From Eledone cirrhosa (lineage: Eukaryota), in NCBI GenBank assembly GCA_964016885.1, contig OZ024740.1:147250001-147314000 (forward strand): a stretch of 64,000 bases of DNA, written 5' to 3'. Below are positions 25,201 to 38,744 of the stretch, piece after piece. The notes beneath the pieces were generated by a model. It had not been told where the DNA came from, searched no databases, and was given only the letters and a program-made list of their open reading frames with translations. Within the stretch, counting starts at the first letter, position 1. Each line of letters opens with the position of its first letter. The translations under genes were made by a program, and so were the position numbers.

Positions 25201-27181
25201 TGTTATTATGAGTAGGTAGCTATCTACACACACTTTCTCTCTGTCTCTCTGCATGTAAATTAAGCATATTAATTAGAAATGATGGCTTGGTCCTTACCAA
25301 AAAAAAAAGAAAAAAAAAGACAAAAGAAAAATGAAAATAAAAACTTGATATTTCAAATATTTCAAATCACAACAGATAAAAGGAAAAACAAAAAAAATAA
25401 CTGTTTTCCAAAATATATAGCTATTTATTGAATCAAAATGTAAAAAGATATTAAAAAAATATTGTTGATTACAAATCTTTGTATATACACAGAGAATGAT
25501 ATAAGGTGAATAATGTTTGATAAAAAGAAAGTAGGGAGAAACAAAAAGTAAGTATGAATAAATCTTGTATAATATAGGATTTTGTTGAGATTATGGATCA
25601 TGTCTGAAAAAGTACAAAAAAGTTGGTTATGTTGATTTACTAATTTCTGCTTTATGAACACAAGCATGGCTAGGGGTTTAAGAAGTTTGCTTTGCAATCT
25701 TGAGGTCCAGATTTTGATTCTACTGTTTGACATATCCTCAGATTAACCCAAATTTTGTGAATGAAATTACATAGGCAAAAATTATATACAAGCTAAATGG
25801 ATGGATTGTACCCATAATTCAAATGTTGAACCATGTCACATTGTGTGTCATATTAGTTCAGCTTGAGATCTATGTTAAAGGTATATGTTGGTGAGGAATA
25901 ACCAAGTTGCTTACATGTTCATTTAACAAGCAGATAAGCAAGTTGATCAAAACCAATAGAAGAGCAACCAATTCCATTTGTATCATTCAATACAACTGGT
26001 CAACCTATTCCACTGATGAATGAAGCTTCAGCTAACCCTTGCCAGCTTATCTTTGTTGGTTATAAACCTGACTGTTCACATTAGCCAATTACAGGTTGGA
26101 CGGAGGGATTCCATGATCAGGTGATTAGCCTTGGCCATTGACACCTTGGTAGAATCTTGTCTGACACTAACAAATCTGCCAGTGGATTAGTAGTACTTTA
26201 TCAACCCCGAATGTATGAAAGATAGAGTTTGTATTATTATCATTAATTAGATAAGTTAAAAAAATAAAGAAAAATACTATGAATGGTCTTGCTGGGGTGT
26301 ATACATATTTCCATTTCAGAGCTTATCAAGCTCATATTTGATATATGTGGGTTTTTTTAACTGAACATCTACATGTCTATAATGTTTTAAGATCAGGTCG
26401 TGGTTATATATAATCAGGAGGTAAACAATATATGAGCCTCTTTGAATAAATATGTATAAAAAGCATAGCCATATGTCTAATCAACACAGTCTGGCTTTGA
26501 AAGGAGGTCCTGTAGTTAAACCACAATGCTTTCAACAGGCTTGAATGGGGATCAAGTTTTGCTACAGTTAAGATTCTTCAGGATTCATTAAGATTCTTCG
26601 GGATTCATTAAGTTTTAAATGTTGCTTAAGCACTGCTATCTTTAAATATAGAGTTTGGATTTACACCTCTGTAGTATACCCATCATAAGAGCCAATGAGG
26701 GAGCTACTATGGCATTGTTTGACCTGCTACAAATACCAAAATCTCCCTCAAATCACAGCCTACCATCTTAAAAATAGGATAGGATTCATTGGACAATGTA
26801 GTCTCTGATAGACAAAAACATCGGATAGTCACAGTTGGAACACCTTATATTAAATGACTGTCTTCATATCTGGGCTGACCTAGGGCTAAACAGCAGCAGC
26901 AATCTAATGTACATTTTTGTATAAAGACCTCAAAACTGCAGAAAGCCATACATTAGTTTGTCCTAGTATCTGACTGTCAGTGAAGCAACGTGTCTGATGA
27001 AAATGTTCCACAGCAATTAAATTAAAATTTATTAACTGGTCAGTTTTTGTTAGCTTCACGAGAGAAAAAAAACTCCCCATTTCCTAAATTTTAAATCAGT
27101 TACAGTGGAACTGAGTCAGCAACCAGGTCACTGACTGTAGGACAAAAGTTTTGACAGTTTTTGCTACTTGGGTAACCAAAG

Positions 27182-27217
<36 letters not shown>

Positions 27218-27374
27218 CAAAAGTTTGTGTGTTATGAGGCTAAAATAACTATTTCACTAGGAATGTGTTGTAAGTAAATCTAGATCCCCTAATCTCCCAT
27301 GTTAAATATTAATAATTATAATTAAAAGTTAATGAACTTTGTATAATTATACAAAGTTCATTAACTTTTGGAAT

Positions 27375-27846
27375 TAATAATTGTTTCTACTTTTGGCACA
27401 AGGCCAGCAATTACCCAGTGCATTTTATCGACCCGGTAAGGATGAAAGGCAAAGTTAACCTCGGCGGGATTTTAACTCAGAATGGAAAGGGCCGTAACTA
27501 TGCGCCAAAGCGTGGCGTCCGGCCCTCTACCGATACTGCCAATCCGATTTCATTTAAGGCACTAGACCAACCATTGTATGGGAGAGAAAGTTGATTATAT
27601 CACCCTCAGGAGGATGAAAGGCAAGTTGATTAAGGCTGGATTTGAACTCACAACATAAAGAACCATAGCTAAATATCACAAGGCATCTTGTCTGAGGCTC
27701 AAACACTTTGGCTAATCCACTGCTCTTTCTTTTATAATTAATACTAATACTAGCAATTATTTCTACTTTTGGCACAAGGCCAGCAATTATCCCAGAGTAT
27801 TACTGGTACTTTATTTTATCGACCCCCGTAAGGATGAAAGGCAACG
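27375..27846 (-). mobile_element. Cluster of tRNA-derived SINEs
   Basis: Reverse complements of the SINE core (TTATCGACCCCGTAAGGATGAAAGGCAAAGTTAACCTCGGC) and tail. Confidence 0.75.
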
Positions 27847-28744
27847 TTAATAATGTCTTACTAAGACAATTGTTGAAGTGGAATGTTTAACCAGTTGTAT
27901 TGACCCCAATTTATGGACAGTGAAAGGCAAATGCCAATTATGGCAGGATTTGAACTTGGGATTAATGTAGTAACAGTCAAATACTGGAGTTGATTCCATA
28001 TTCCTATAAAATAGCCAAGATGTGAATAGAGTATAATAGAAGACAAGAATGAAACTAAATACTAAAATATATCTAATCCACATCTTTTCAAACCAAGCTC
28101 AGTGAAATTTGAAAGAATACAGTTCCCATTAATATTCTGAATCTACAATCAATATTGAGTCATTTATTAGATTAGCTTTACTCTACTTAAGTAAATAAAA
28201 TCATAAAACAAGCAAGTACACAAACACCACACCTATAATTATCTAGGCTACTTCTTTTATTAAATATAATACTAATGCGTAAATTAAGCCTGAATGGTAA
28301 CTATTGTCAGGGCTTCCGAGACTGTCAGGAGGCGAAAGTTATCCTCAAACTGGAAACTTGGCCAGATTGCTTGCAACAGAGTGGACTCTGCTAAACGTAA
28401 CTGTGACGAATTAAGTTGGGGGGGGGGGGGGAACCTTCCGGAGTTTTTTGTATCTTCTAACTGTAACCGGGGAGGGTGGGTGTGATGAAAATCCGAGGGT
28501 CCCCAACTCATCTGATAACAGGGAAAAAGTTATTTGTAGCATGTTCAGAGGTAAGATTAGTTGATAGCACGCGAAAAAATCGGGGGGAAAAAAAAAAAAT
28601 GGGGGGGTTTAGCACACCCCTCTCCTTCACACTCTTCTAGGGAAAAAGTCCTTTGCAGCATATCAGTGGGTAAGTTTAATAGGTAGCACATGGAAAGAAG
28701 GAAAATAATTTCCTTCTGAAATCCGTTAGGGGTCTTTTTCTATA

Positions 28745-28921
28745 ATAATTATTTCTACTTTTTGGCACAAGGCCAACAATTAACCAGTACATTAGTGGTA
28801 CTTTATTTTATCGACCCCGTAAGGATGAAAGCCAAAGTTAACCTCGGGATTTGAACTCAGATCATAAAGGAGCATAACTCTATGCTGGAAAGCATGGTGT
28901 CCGACCCTCTACCGCCAATCC
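28745..28921 (-). mobile_element. tRNA-derived SINE
   Basis: Full-length reverse complement of the family at 35180. Confidence 0.8.
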
Positions 28922-29567
28922 AGGAATTCAGTTGTTTATTTGGAAACTATGCTGATTTCGAACTTCACTTCTCTTTATCGCATCGGGTTAGGAAATCACA
29001 GCACCCGTTTATCTCACATTATGCCTAAATTTTTACCTTGCCATTTATATAAATAAATGTATTCTTTCAAAAATATTAGTTTTAAACTAACCTAAACTGT
29101 ATAATTAATCAAATCTACCTATAAAAAATTAAATATAAAAAGAAAAGAGAAAATAAAATATCGTTAACGAGGAATGTCTAAATTTGTGTATGCGAGTGCT
29201 AGCTTTTTTTTACAAGCTAAAATATGATTTAACACATTCACACACACACTGGGATAATGTTTATATTTTAAAATGTTATGAAAAATGAAACTTCGAGAAT
29301 ATACCCTGCATATTTTTAAAATTTCATTTCTCAACCGAACCATATTAAAGATGCATCGAATAGTTTAACACGGACAATAGTTATTTGTATAGACAAAGTC
29401 TGTATAAATAAATCCTTATACTATAAATCATTTGAGAACTACTCACATACACACCTATACTTCTTTCTTTAGCCCATCTCCTCTCCAGGTTTGAATACAG
29501 CTTTTTTTTTTCAGGGAAGGATAGGGAGTGAGAGAATGGAAGTGAGAAAGATATATAGAGGAAGAAT

Positions 29568-29722
29568 CAATCCAGTACTAGACTGGTGTTTTTTTTTTTT
29601 TATCGACCTCGAATGGATGAAAGGCAAAGTTGACCTCGGCGGAATTTGAACTCAGAGTAGAGAGTCGAAACGAATACCGCAAAGCATTCTATCCGACGTT
29701 CTAACGACTCTGCCAATTCGTC
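29568..29722 (-). mobile_element. tRNA-derived SINE (related subfamily)
   Basis: TATCGACCTCGAATGGATGAAAGGCAAAGTTGACCTCGGCGGAATTTGAACTCAG. Confidence 0.7.
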
Positions 29723-29837
29723 GCTTTACATATACCTGTACATTTCTATCAATCTGCAAACGATGTCAACAACAGGCAAAAACATAAGTATAATAAAAAT
29801 ATTATCAGAAATTTGTAAAAAAAAGTATAAGAATGAA

Positions 29838-29895
<58 letters not shown>

Positions 29896-30811
29896 TACAA
29901 TAATAGTGTTAATGCCTATATTTATTTCTGTGCCTGACAACCAAACAGAAATGTTTCAATATCAGGAAAATACCCCCCCCCCCCCCCCCCCAAATCCTTA
30001 GCTGGCCTTTCAACTTTTCATGGACGAAATACGTTTTTTGTTTTATTTCTAGATCGCAAGAGGAGAGGAGGTAAAATAAGAATTTCCGATTAAAACTATC
30101 CTTTTTTTCTTCCTCGTATTATTATTATTGATGTTTTTTTCTTTTCTTTTTGTCCCCCCCCCCCCCTCTCGCTTTGATCATATTTTTGTGCGTTATATTT
30201 AAAAGGTTCCTAGCAATGATTAATTGTATTTATTATGTGTTTATATTTTCATTCTGTAAGAAGTATTCATTATAATAATAATTATTGTATATGTTAAAAA
30301 ATACCAGAAAGTTAAATAGAAAAAAAAAAGTGATATGCTACCTTATTGTTGAAGAGAAGAAGTAGAAATGTGTTGTTTACTTGTATTATTAGGCTGGTGA
30401 ATAATCAACAACACTTATTCCTCATATCAGCAACAACACTACCAACAATAGGGGTAAAGAAATAGAGACCACAAGGACATTTGTGTAAGAAACAGGTAGC
30501 ATTTTTTCAGAATGTCCGAGCAATTTATTCATATTTTATTGCTGATCTGACAGGCAGCTGTACCTCCTTTTTTTAAAAATCCATATATGTGTAAACTCGC
30601 AGAGAAATGAGAGTGGACAAAATAAAAGTTACAAAAGAAATGAATGTAACTTTTCAAGGCACATATTCGGAGAAGGTACGGCTGGTTGAAAGAAAGTCCA
30701 AACTTGTTGATACAATAGTTAGTATTGGTGGTGGTGGTAAATGTATTGTCTGTGGTGTTTTCTTCGATGATTTTAATCTATCGATTTATATAAAAAATTT
30801 TGCGTCAAAAC

Positions 30812-31363
30812 TTAGAAATAATCCTTTTTAAATCCTCCGGAGAAGCGTAATTCCTGCTCAACTTGGTGGATCATCTGAGTGTGTCTTGAAGAAATAACTA
30901 CAGCCATAGTCACGTTTCCTAAGGTCCTGACAATCCAGTACAACCAAATGAAGACAACGTAGGCCAGTCGGAAAGTGTACATTCGATAATAAGAGAACTC
31001 AAAAATGGAAATGCCGAATTCGATGAAAGTATAACAGCTGAAAGTGATGACAAATGCTTTGGTCCAGTTTAGAGTGATGAGAAAATGTCGACGTGATGTG
31101 AGATAAATCATGAACATGCTGAGAAATAATATGACGACGTGACATATCACCATGATGATATCGCAGGAGAGGAAACTCTCCCAGGAATGGGACCTCCAGT
31201 TTGTGTGAAAACCTTTGCTGATTTCGAAGTCAGTCCCAATAGCTCCAAGATCTAAAAGCCGCATAATAAGAGCGAAAAATATAGTTATAGACGCGTAGAG
31301 GTAACCAGCAAATGTGGCTGTTTCTAAACTCCAGCAAAGAAAACGGTTGATGAAAAGCGCCAT
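30812..31363 (-). CDS. Intronless-CDS 183-aa membrane protein with four predicted TM helices (LAPTM/DUF4728-like topology, family not confirmed)
   Basis: A clean ATG-to-stop ORF in non-repetitive sequence with context AAAATGG. It has four hydrophobic segments (about aa 16-38, 68-89, 103-123, 133-158) and a hydrophilic C-tail. Candidate AATAAA signals lie downstream on the minus strand (about 30523-30540 and 30229-30234). Confidence 0.8.
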   Translation of the reverse strand: MALFINRFLCWSLETATFAGYLYASITIFFALIMRLLDLGAIGTDFEISKGFHTNWRSHSWESFLSCDIIMVICHVVILFLSMFMIYLTSRRHFLITLNWTKAFVITFSCYTFIEFGISIFEFSYYRMYTFRLAYVVFIWLYWIVRTLGNVTMAVVISSRHTQMIHQVEQELRFSGGFKKDYF

Positions 31364-31674
31364 TTTGAATGCAGGTAAGACTACTTTGAAGTAGTATTTA
31401 GGACAGGTGAGATTAAAATTATATATATAATTGTAATTACGTTCTGAGAAGTATTATTTTAATGATTCCTTCTCTCTAATCCTTTAAAAATTCATAAAAC
31501 AACGATAAGAGGAATGTCTGCCCACCTATTTAAAAAACTGCTCGCTGGTGTCTATAATAGTAGGCAGGTATGATACGGGATGACGCACCTGTAATCAAGA
31601 AGTTTGTCAAACTTTCAGCGACGAAGAGCGTCATATACAAGGGAGAGCAGTGACCAAATCTTTACGTTTTCTTT

Positions 31675-31780
31675 TAATAATTGTTTCTACGTTGGGCACA
31701 AGGCCAGCAAATAACTCAGTGCATTACTGGTACTTTATTTTATCGACCCCGTAAGGATGAAAGGCAAAGTTAACCTCGGC
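31675..31780 (-). mobile_element. 5'-truncated tRNA-derived SINE
   Basis: Reverse-complement core and tail. Confidence 0.7.
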
Positions 31781-31836
31781 AATAATGATTGAATTCTTTC
31801 TCACCTGTGTGTGAGTGTGTATATATACAGTATAAT

Positions 31837-33044
31837 CAGTGGCGGAGTGGGTCTAAAAATATTGGTTACCAGGAGATAAAGGGGGCCCACCTACATATAG
31901 AATGCTATCATTTAATTTTTATAATGAACTAGCAGAATGGCCCGGCGTTGCTCGGGATTTGCTCTAGGGTTCTTATATATTTGATATATATTTATCCTTA
32001 TCGAGCCTCGTGAAATAAATACGTTTGTTTATATTTTGTTATTGTGTATGCAAAAATATCTGTACAGGAATATATAATTATATATATATATATATTAAAA
32101 TAACAGATTAAAGTTTAAGCAAAGAATCGCTGCTTTCACCCTTAACGGGATCTTCTGAAACTAAAAATATCAATCTGTGAATGCAGAAGTAAATATATCG
32201 AAAAACGTTACACACTACATACACACACACATACACACACACACATAGCGACGTCATAATGTCGTAATGCAGACATACAGACAGATATTATAAGGGCGCA
32301 ACGTTACATCTATATATCTATCTAAAAAGAAAGACTAAGAATTATAGAGAGAGATCGCGTAATGCGGTCCCTAGGGCATTGAAAATTTGAAATATTTTTT
32401 GCTCAAAACACTTACAGGACCATAAGTATTACATGTGTAAAGTTTGAAAACAATCGATTGGATGGTTCTCGAGTGTTAGGGAGTCAGACAGACATTCTCT
32501 GTTTTAGATATATAGATAAATAACATTTTCAAAAAATACATAAGTGAAAACAAAACAGTGCAATCAAATTTTTGTGGGAAAAAATGTATATTTTCCCCCC
32601 ACTAATTATAGTGTATATATACTGTACATATTACTGGCAGCATATAGTAATACTAAATGTTAATACAGAATGTTATAATTGAATTTTTAAATAATTGTCA
32701 GTGTATAGTATACTGTTATTTACAGTAGAGTATGCAAGTGATCGTTGTTACCTTCTCCAATAAAAAATATAAAGTACCTTCTGCAATATACACATCCAGA
32801 GGCTTTCAATAATGACCTTTGGTCTTTCACACTCACTCAATATATATATATATATATGGGAGTATGTGTACATGTACATATAGATGTATACATACATCTT
32901 TTCAACTTGTACAAAAATTATTTGGTGACTCATTCTCTCTAGGGACTTTAGACTGAAGAGCTGACCACTAATTTATTTTACATGTCTTTAACCCATTGAC
33001 AAAAAAAAATTTGGCCAGCAGCTGGTGCATATGTGTAAGTATAT

Positions 33045-33089
<45 letters not shown>

Positions 33090-33379
33090 TGTGTGTGTGT
33101 CCATATATGCATGAATGAATATAGTGAGCTATAAATTTAGATAACCAGTGATTTCAACTGTTAACACTATCATACATTTTGGTTTCTATTAATTCCCTAG
33201 GGAATTGTTTGACCAAATGCTTTGCTTATTTATTTTTCAAAATTTGTTATACTTTCTCTTAAAACTTTTTTTTGAAAGCAAAGCATTGGCACCTAAAATA
33301 CTACAGTGGGCTCCTGCAATGTTACCATGGATCCCCTGGGGTCTACTTGCCATTGGGCAACCTGGCCAATCCGCCACTG
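31837..33379. mobile_element. Non-autonomous hAT-like element
   Basis: TIRs CAGTGGCGGA (31837) and TCCGCCACTG (33379); the flanking 8-mers AGTATAAT and TATATAAT form an imperfect TSD. Confidence 0.65.
31929..32516 (-). mobile_element. Non-autonomous Helitron nested in the hAT-like element
   Basis: On the minus strand it has 5' TCTATATATCT, a 3' hairpin CCCGAGCAACGCCGGG and CTAG, with an A|T insertion. Same family as 57376-59228. Confidence 0.85.
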
Positions 33380-33649
33380 TATATAATATATGCTTGTGTT
33401 TAGGTAAAAAGTGGAAAAGCACAGGAGTATATTTAAAGATTTTTTTTCTTCTTTAATACGATGAAATAATTATCTATATAATTCTTTTTTGTTTAATAGT
33501 TTTATTTACAGTTGTACAAATAACATTAAAAATTGTTCACAGTTCCTTCAGATGAAAATATAAACACATATAATAAATACAATGTGTATAAAAATATAAT
33601 AATATAATTCATTGAAAAAATGATTAAGGAAAGAAAAAAAGGGGGGAGG

Positions 33650-35060
33650 GGCAATTCACCACCAAGTACAACAATTGGCCGCACCTCACACCTTAGGAAT
33701 TAACTACACACTTTGAGGCAAGCCAACACTCATAACATTACCACAGATGATGGTGAGGCTAAGGCGCTGAAATAACCAGGCACCCTCACAGGCATCACCT
33801 GACACCCCACATTCACCGCAGCGTCCATGATGTGGGAGGGAGCAAAAGAGTCACTGACTGTGACGTCCCAGATAAGACACCTACCTCTTACCCAGGGGCA
33901 AAGGGTAAGGCCATCTGGTTTCTTCCCATCACTTCTGGATAAACCAGCTCCATAATTGTGAGGAATTTACCCGAGCCAGGGCCTGTTTGATGATCAGGTT
34001 TAATTCAGTGTGACATACAAAACGACCAGCATTCAGGTGGCAGGACAAACCAAGTAAACCTGTGGAGTCAGATCTACCACAGCAGCATCTCAGACCCCAA
34101 CAGACGTCGGCTCCCACTCAAAGTGCAATGAGTATGTGGAGTTTGTCTTAACTGAGAAGGCCACCAATGTTGGCCACAGGCAGAGCATCAATCCAGTTCC
34201 CTGAGAACTTTGTGCTTGCAGAAAATAAGCGACACCTTGAAAATTGATTGGAATGATCAAAGAGAGTGTTGAAAGTTTCCCTCGAATGCAGATTGTCCCA
34301 TACTCTCTGCTTCCGTATACCCGCATCAGTAACTGGAACTGACAAACCCAGCTCTCTCCACTGTAGTAAAGCTTCATCCAACTCCCTGGTGGAACTAGTC
34401 CAAGTTGGGAAGGAGAGGATGTCACATACCAAAGGGAAACAAGCGTGGATGGAGGAAAGAAAGCAAGGTAGGGATAAATATGTACACTTACGTAGACCGA
34501 GACCTCCAAACCGTTTGGGTAAGGCAGCTAGGTCACAGGACTCTGGAGAGAGTAGGACATTGACCAAACTCATGAGCTCACTAAACATTTGGTCGTCGAA
34601 GCATTGGAGAGACGACAAGAATTTGTAAGCGGGAAACTTTAAGGAAATACAACAACTTAAGGATTGACAAATAATTCCGAAGAATAAAAAAACCTTGGTG
34701 AGGCTCAATGACTTTGAGGTCTTTTAAAAGTTACTTGAGGTTAGGCATCTTAGATTGAAAGATGCACTCAAAGGCTTGGTTAGTAATTGGGGCGGGCCCA
34801 AGGGAGCACCATGCTGATGGGGGAGGAACTGCGATGGAGGGGAAAGATTCTGTGAACAGGTCAACAGTCTGGGTGGTTGAGGAGCCAGAGCTTGCATTTG
34901 GAACTGTTGACGTGAAGGCCCCCATAATCCAGCTCCTCAATCATCGTCTTTGCAGTTGTATGGACCTTGTCTGGAAGACTTCCCAAGCAAGCATCATCCA
35001 GATACCAGACATTCAGATCCAGGTCAACTCCCATATTGGTGACTATTGCCATCCTTTTAT
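33650..35060 (-). mobile_element. CRE-clade-like non-LTR retrotransposon relic (RT C-terminus plus restriction-like endonuclease)
   Basis: VWYLDDACLG, LPKRFGGLGLR, WIDALP, HTELNLIIKQAL, DGKKPDGLTLCPW and LIWDVTVSDSFAPSH motifs across broken frames. Confidence 0.8.
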
Positions 35061-35179
35061 GTCCTATTATTGTCGATTGTTTCTCTCGTTCACCACTAGA
35101 ACAAAAGGATGGCGATGGTCATCTAAAACACATGACATTATGAGGTTGTTTGCTTGCAAACGAATCGAATGTTATTGGT

Positions 35180-35370
35180 GGATTGGCAGTATCGGTAGAG
35201 GGTCGGACGCCATGCTTTGATGCATAGAGTTACGGCCCTTTCCAATCTGAGTTCAAATCCTGCCGAGGTTAACTTTGCCTTTCATCCTTACAGGGTCGAT
35301 AAAATAAAGTACCAGTAATGCCCTGGGGTAATTGCTGGCCTTGTGCCACAAGTAGAAACAATTATTATTA
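35180..35370 (+). mobile_element. tRNA-derived SINE, full length
   Basis: Box A-like TGGCAGTATCGGTAG, box B GAGTTCAAATCC, core and (ATT) tail. Confidence 0.85.
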
Positions 35371-35639
35371 TTCGATATAAAACTCATGAATGCATTAAAA
35401 AAAAAATTTGTTTTTTCTTATTCTGTAGGCAGTTAGAACATAAATGTTCTCTCAAAATTTCTTCTTTATGAAGGTGGGTAATATGGGTGGAAGTGTGGTT
35501 CAACAGGTCAAGATTCAATTGAGTCACTAAAGAATTCTATTAATTTAAATAGACAGTTCTGTAGCATGGAAAAATTCCCACAAAGCTATGACCACCAGGG
35601 CAATGTCCTTTGACCTCAAACATAACTTAGGCACATATA

Positions 35640-37120
35640 AGAATCACGGCAACAAAATTAGACAGCTAAGAAAGGAACGATTGCCCGAAAGATAGCTGGG
35701 ATATTTCTGTATGGTCATTCTTTTCCACATTGCCTGTACAACAACAGAATCTGGCACATAACAGTTTACTACCTCCTCATTTCTTCCACAACAAATAGAC
35801 TTCACTTCAATTGGTGACCATGAATGCACAGATCATTCACAAACCTTAACACAATATAGAACTCTCACCAGCATCATTGTCGACACAAGCAGCACTCTCC
35901 CTGCAGATCCTGATATTTTGGCCTCATGATCCAACAATTTGGTTCTGATACATGTGTTCTGAAATGTGTTCCCACAGTGTTTTCTTTTCTCTTACGGACA
36001 CAGCCACCAAGTAAGTGACTTGCAACTTAGCAGAGAAGACAATAGATAAATTCTCCTGATGGTAGGATTTACAGCACCATTCCTAGGAAGGAGAAGATAT
36101 TCTTGGACCATCTGTTATCTATTAAAAATAACTAGCCGTCATTATAAATAGGCTGTCCTGTGGTTCTAACACTCAGTCATCTGTCTCTTCTCCTAGACAA
36201 CACAGTTCACTGCCACTTCCCAACCTCACCATATAAGAGTTTACTACTACCTCTGCTGGTACATACTGTCTGGCTACAATTGTCACTTTTTAAGGGAACA
36301 TCTCACGGTAAACAAAAAGACCCTCGCACAACACAGAAGCCTTATTGCACACTATATTCATTTGTGAATACTATAATCAAACTTTATATTTACAATCCAA
36401 AGTAATCATATTTTTTTCCTTTTTGCTGAAGTGAAGTAAAGATATATATTCAACCAGAATTGTTGCTATTGATCGGGTTCGTCATTTCATCCACAACAAC
36501 CAAAACTTCACTTCAACATCACATTTCATCAGATAGGATGAAAACTTTCCATGTGGGAGGGACACATTCCCCTGAGAATCAGCGGTAGATTCAGGATTAG
36601 TTAGCAGTACTGCCAGGCACATTTTCCTATGCGACATTGAAGTTGGAAGTCATAAAGCAAACATCCATCTCTCAACAGCAACAATGAAATCAGTTGCTCT
36701 ATTCAGAGGAATTAGGCAACAGGAAGCCATCACAGTTAAGACGGTTAAAGGAACTGTTAACAGAAAATACCATGGATCCGGGTATCCTTAAGTAACTGTT
36801 TCTACAAAGGCTGCTGCCAGCCACTCACAGAATTTTGGCAGCTAGTAAAATGTCCACCCCTATGAAGAATTAGCGGATTCAGCTGATAGAATCATGGAGG
36901 TAGCATTGTGGCCCAAGCAACACACACCTGTCCACAAGTAAGCTCTTTTTCTTTCTCGTCTTCTGTTTTGGAGGTGGTAGCTCTGGAGGCTCCACTGGAA
37001 AATCCAGATGCACAGTTGAGCACACTTATGGCTCAAATGTAGTTACAGCCATGCAGCAACACCAGCCCATCTCATCGCCTGCAAGATCAGAGTTGTACCT
37101 GGATGACTGATCCTTCCTCT
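35640..37120 (-). mobile_element. Highly decayed LINE-like relic (possibly L1/Tx1 ORF1-endonuclease region)
   Basis: Higher GC, coding-like composition, and weak motifs such as DLQGxVLLV in broken frames. Confidence 0.3.
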
Positions 37121-37715
37121 AAATCTCTTTCTCACTTCCATTCTCTCACTGGAAGAAATCTGCTTTTCTCTTAACATATATAATTTTCTCATTTCTTGTA
37201 TTCTAATCTTATAAACCTAATTAAAATAAATTTATTATTGGTCAACCTAGCGAACACAACTTCCCACATATAAGAAAGCATCAAGTATTGAACATACAGA
37301 ATAAATATAATATAATGAAAATTATTGTGTACAGTGCTCAGGTGCACTACAAATGAGGAAATAAAATGTTTTCTCTAGGATTGCACTGTTTAGTCATAGG
37401 TTAACCTTGTTCAAGCAGACCAATGACCAAAAGCATCCCAACCACCCCATGCACATCTCTCCTATCTAATGTGACCTTTTCTTATCTAAAACGTTAGATG
37501 GTGATATGAGGAAGATTTGCCAGCTATTTCTAGCACATCCAGTTGCCACGTAGAAGATCCCTCATTGACGTGTTCTATTTTGCAGTTTTATTTATTAGCT
37601 TCAAGTCAGTCCTGATTGAGAAGACTTATCAAAAGCATTCCAGCCTGACTATGTATAGGAGTACATTTTCCAATGTATTTTTCTTTTAAGGTCTGATTTA
37701 AGAGAACTAGGCATT

Positions 37716-38192
37716 TACCATACTCTGAACGCCTTGCTTTCCTGGGCATAGATACATTGAAGCTCCAACGTCTGGCAACTGACTTGATAAGCACCCACAA
37801 AATTATTAACCATCTTGCCATCAACAACCCTGAGCACCTTTTTGAATTCCATGCATCTAACACCTGTGGGCATGCCTACAAAGTCAGAAAATGGCACAGC
37901 TCCCATGACTTTCGGAAACATTTTTTCACGTTCAGAGTTGTTAAAGCATGGAACAAACTACCTGCGTCAGTTGTTAGTTGCCAGGACACTGCATCTTTTA
38001 AAATTTCCATGCTTCCTGAAATTCGCCAACGCTACACTTGATATTCCTTCTCCATACACATGCATCTGTGTGTATATCATGACTCATACGCAGTTCACTT
38101 TCCTGACATTTCTACATTATTCTATGTACTATACATGCACCTTTGATGAGTTGTGGTGCACCTGAGCACTGTACACAATAATTTCATTATTA
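37716..38192 (+). mobile_element. CR1-clade LINE 3' fragment
   Basis: FRKHFFTFRVVKAWNKLP, with the same 3' UTR as 18196-19461. An inverted copy of the 3' tip lies at 37311-37352. Confidence 0.88.
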
Positions 38193-38677
38193 TTTCTAAA
38201 TGGTTTAACCATGGTGTATTTGAGTTGTTGATTATTAAATACCAAATTCCTATTTGATGTTCGATAGTTTCTCTTTACAATCAAAGTTTTGTTAAAACCA
38301 ATTAGTATGCCTGATTCCTTAATCCCGCCGCAGTTAACATTGCCTTTCATCCTTACAGGGTCGATAAAATAAAGTACCAGTAATTCACTGAATTATTTGC
38401 TGAAATAATAATTTGGATTAGTTACTAAGAGTTATCCCCCTTCAATTACCGGTGTCCCTTACCGATGTTCGGCTGAAGAGTTTAGTTCAATGCTACGAAT
38501 GTCACAACGGTAACATTGTCTTTTAATTCTTTACAATCAAAATTTTTTCATTACTACTTGTAATTACTGGTATTAAACTGCACTATTATGTTTACCTTTT
38601 TTATTATTTAATTTAATTTTAATTTTGTACGAGTATAAAACTTTCGATGTTTTGTTTTTATTAGTAAGCGATGACCT

Positions 38678-38744
<67 letters not shown>

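Noticed and set aside
26993-27010. Isolated CTGATGA heptamers (also near 20646, 26012 and 38833)
   Set aside because: No stem II/GAAA partner; expected by chance.
30607-30831. 74-aa plus-strand ORF overlapping the end of the four-TM gene
   Set aside because: Short, no recognisable motif, and antisense to the probable 3' UTR.
35180-35370. Possible tRNA genes (box A/B motifs) here and at other SINE heads
   Set aside because: No complete cloverleaf; the heads run directly into the SINE core and tail.
38468-38515. CTGAAGA...GAAT hammerhead-like string
   Set aside because: No GAAA and no correctly placed stems I and III.
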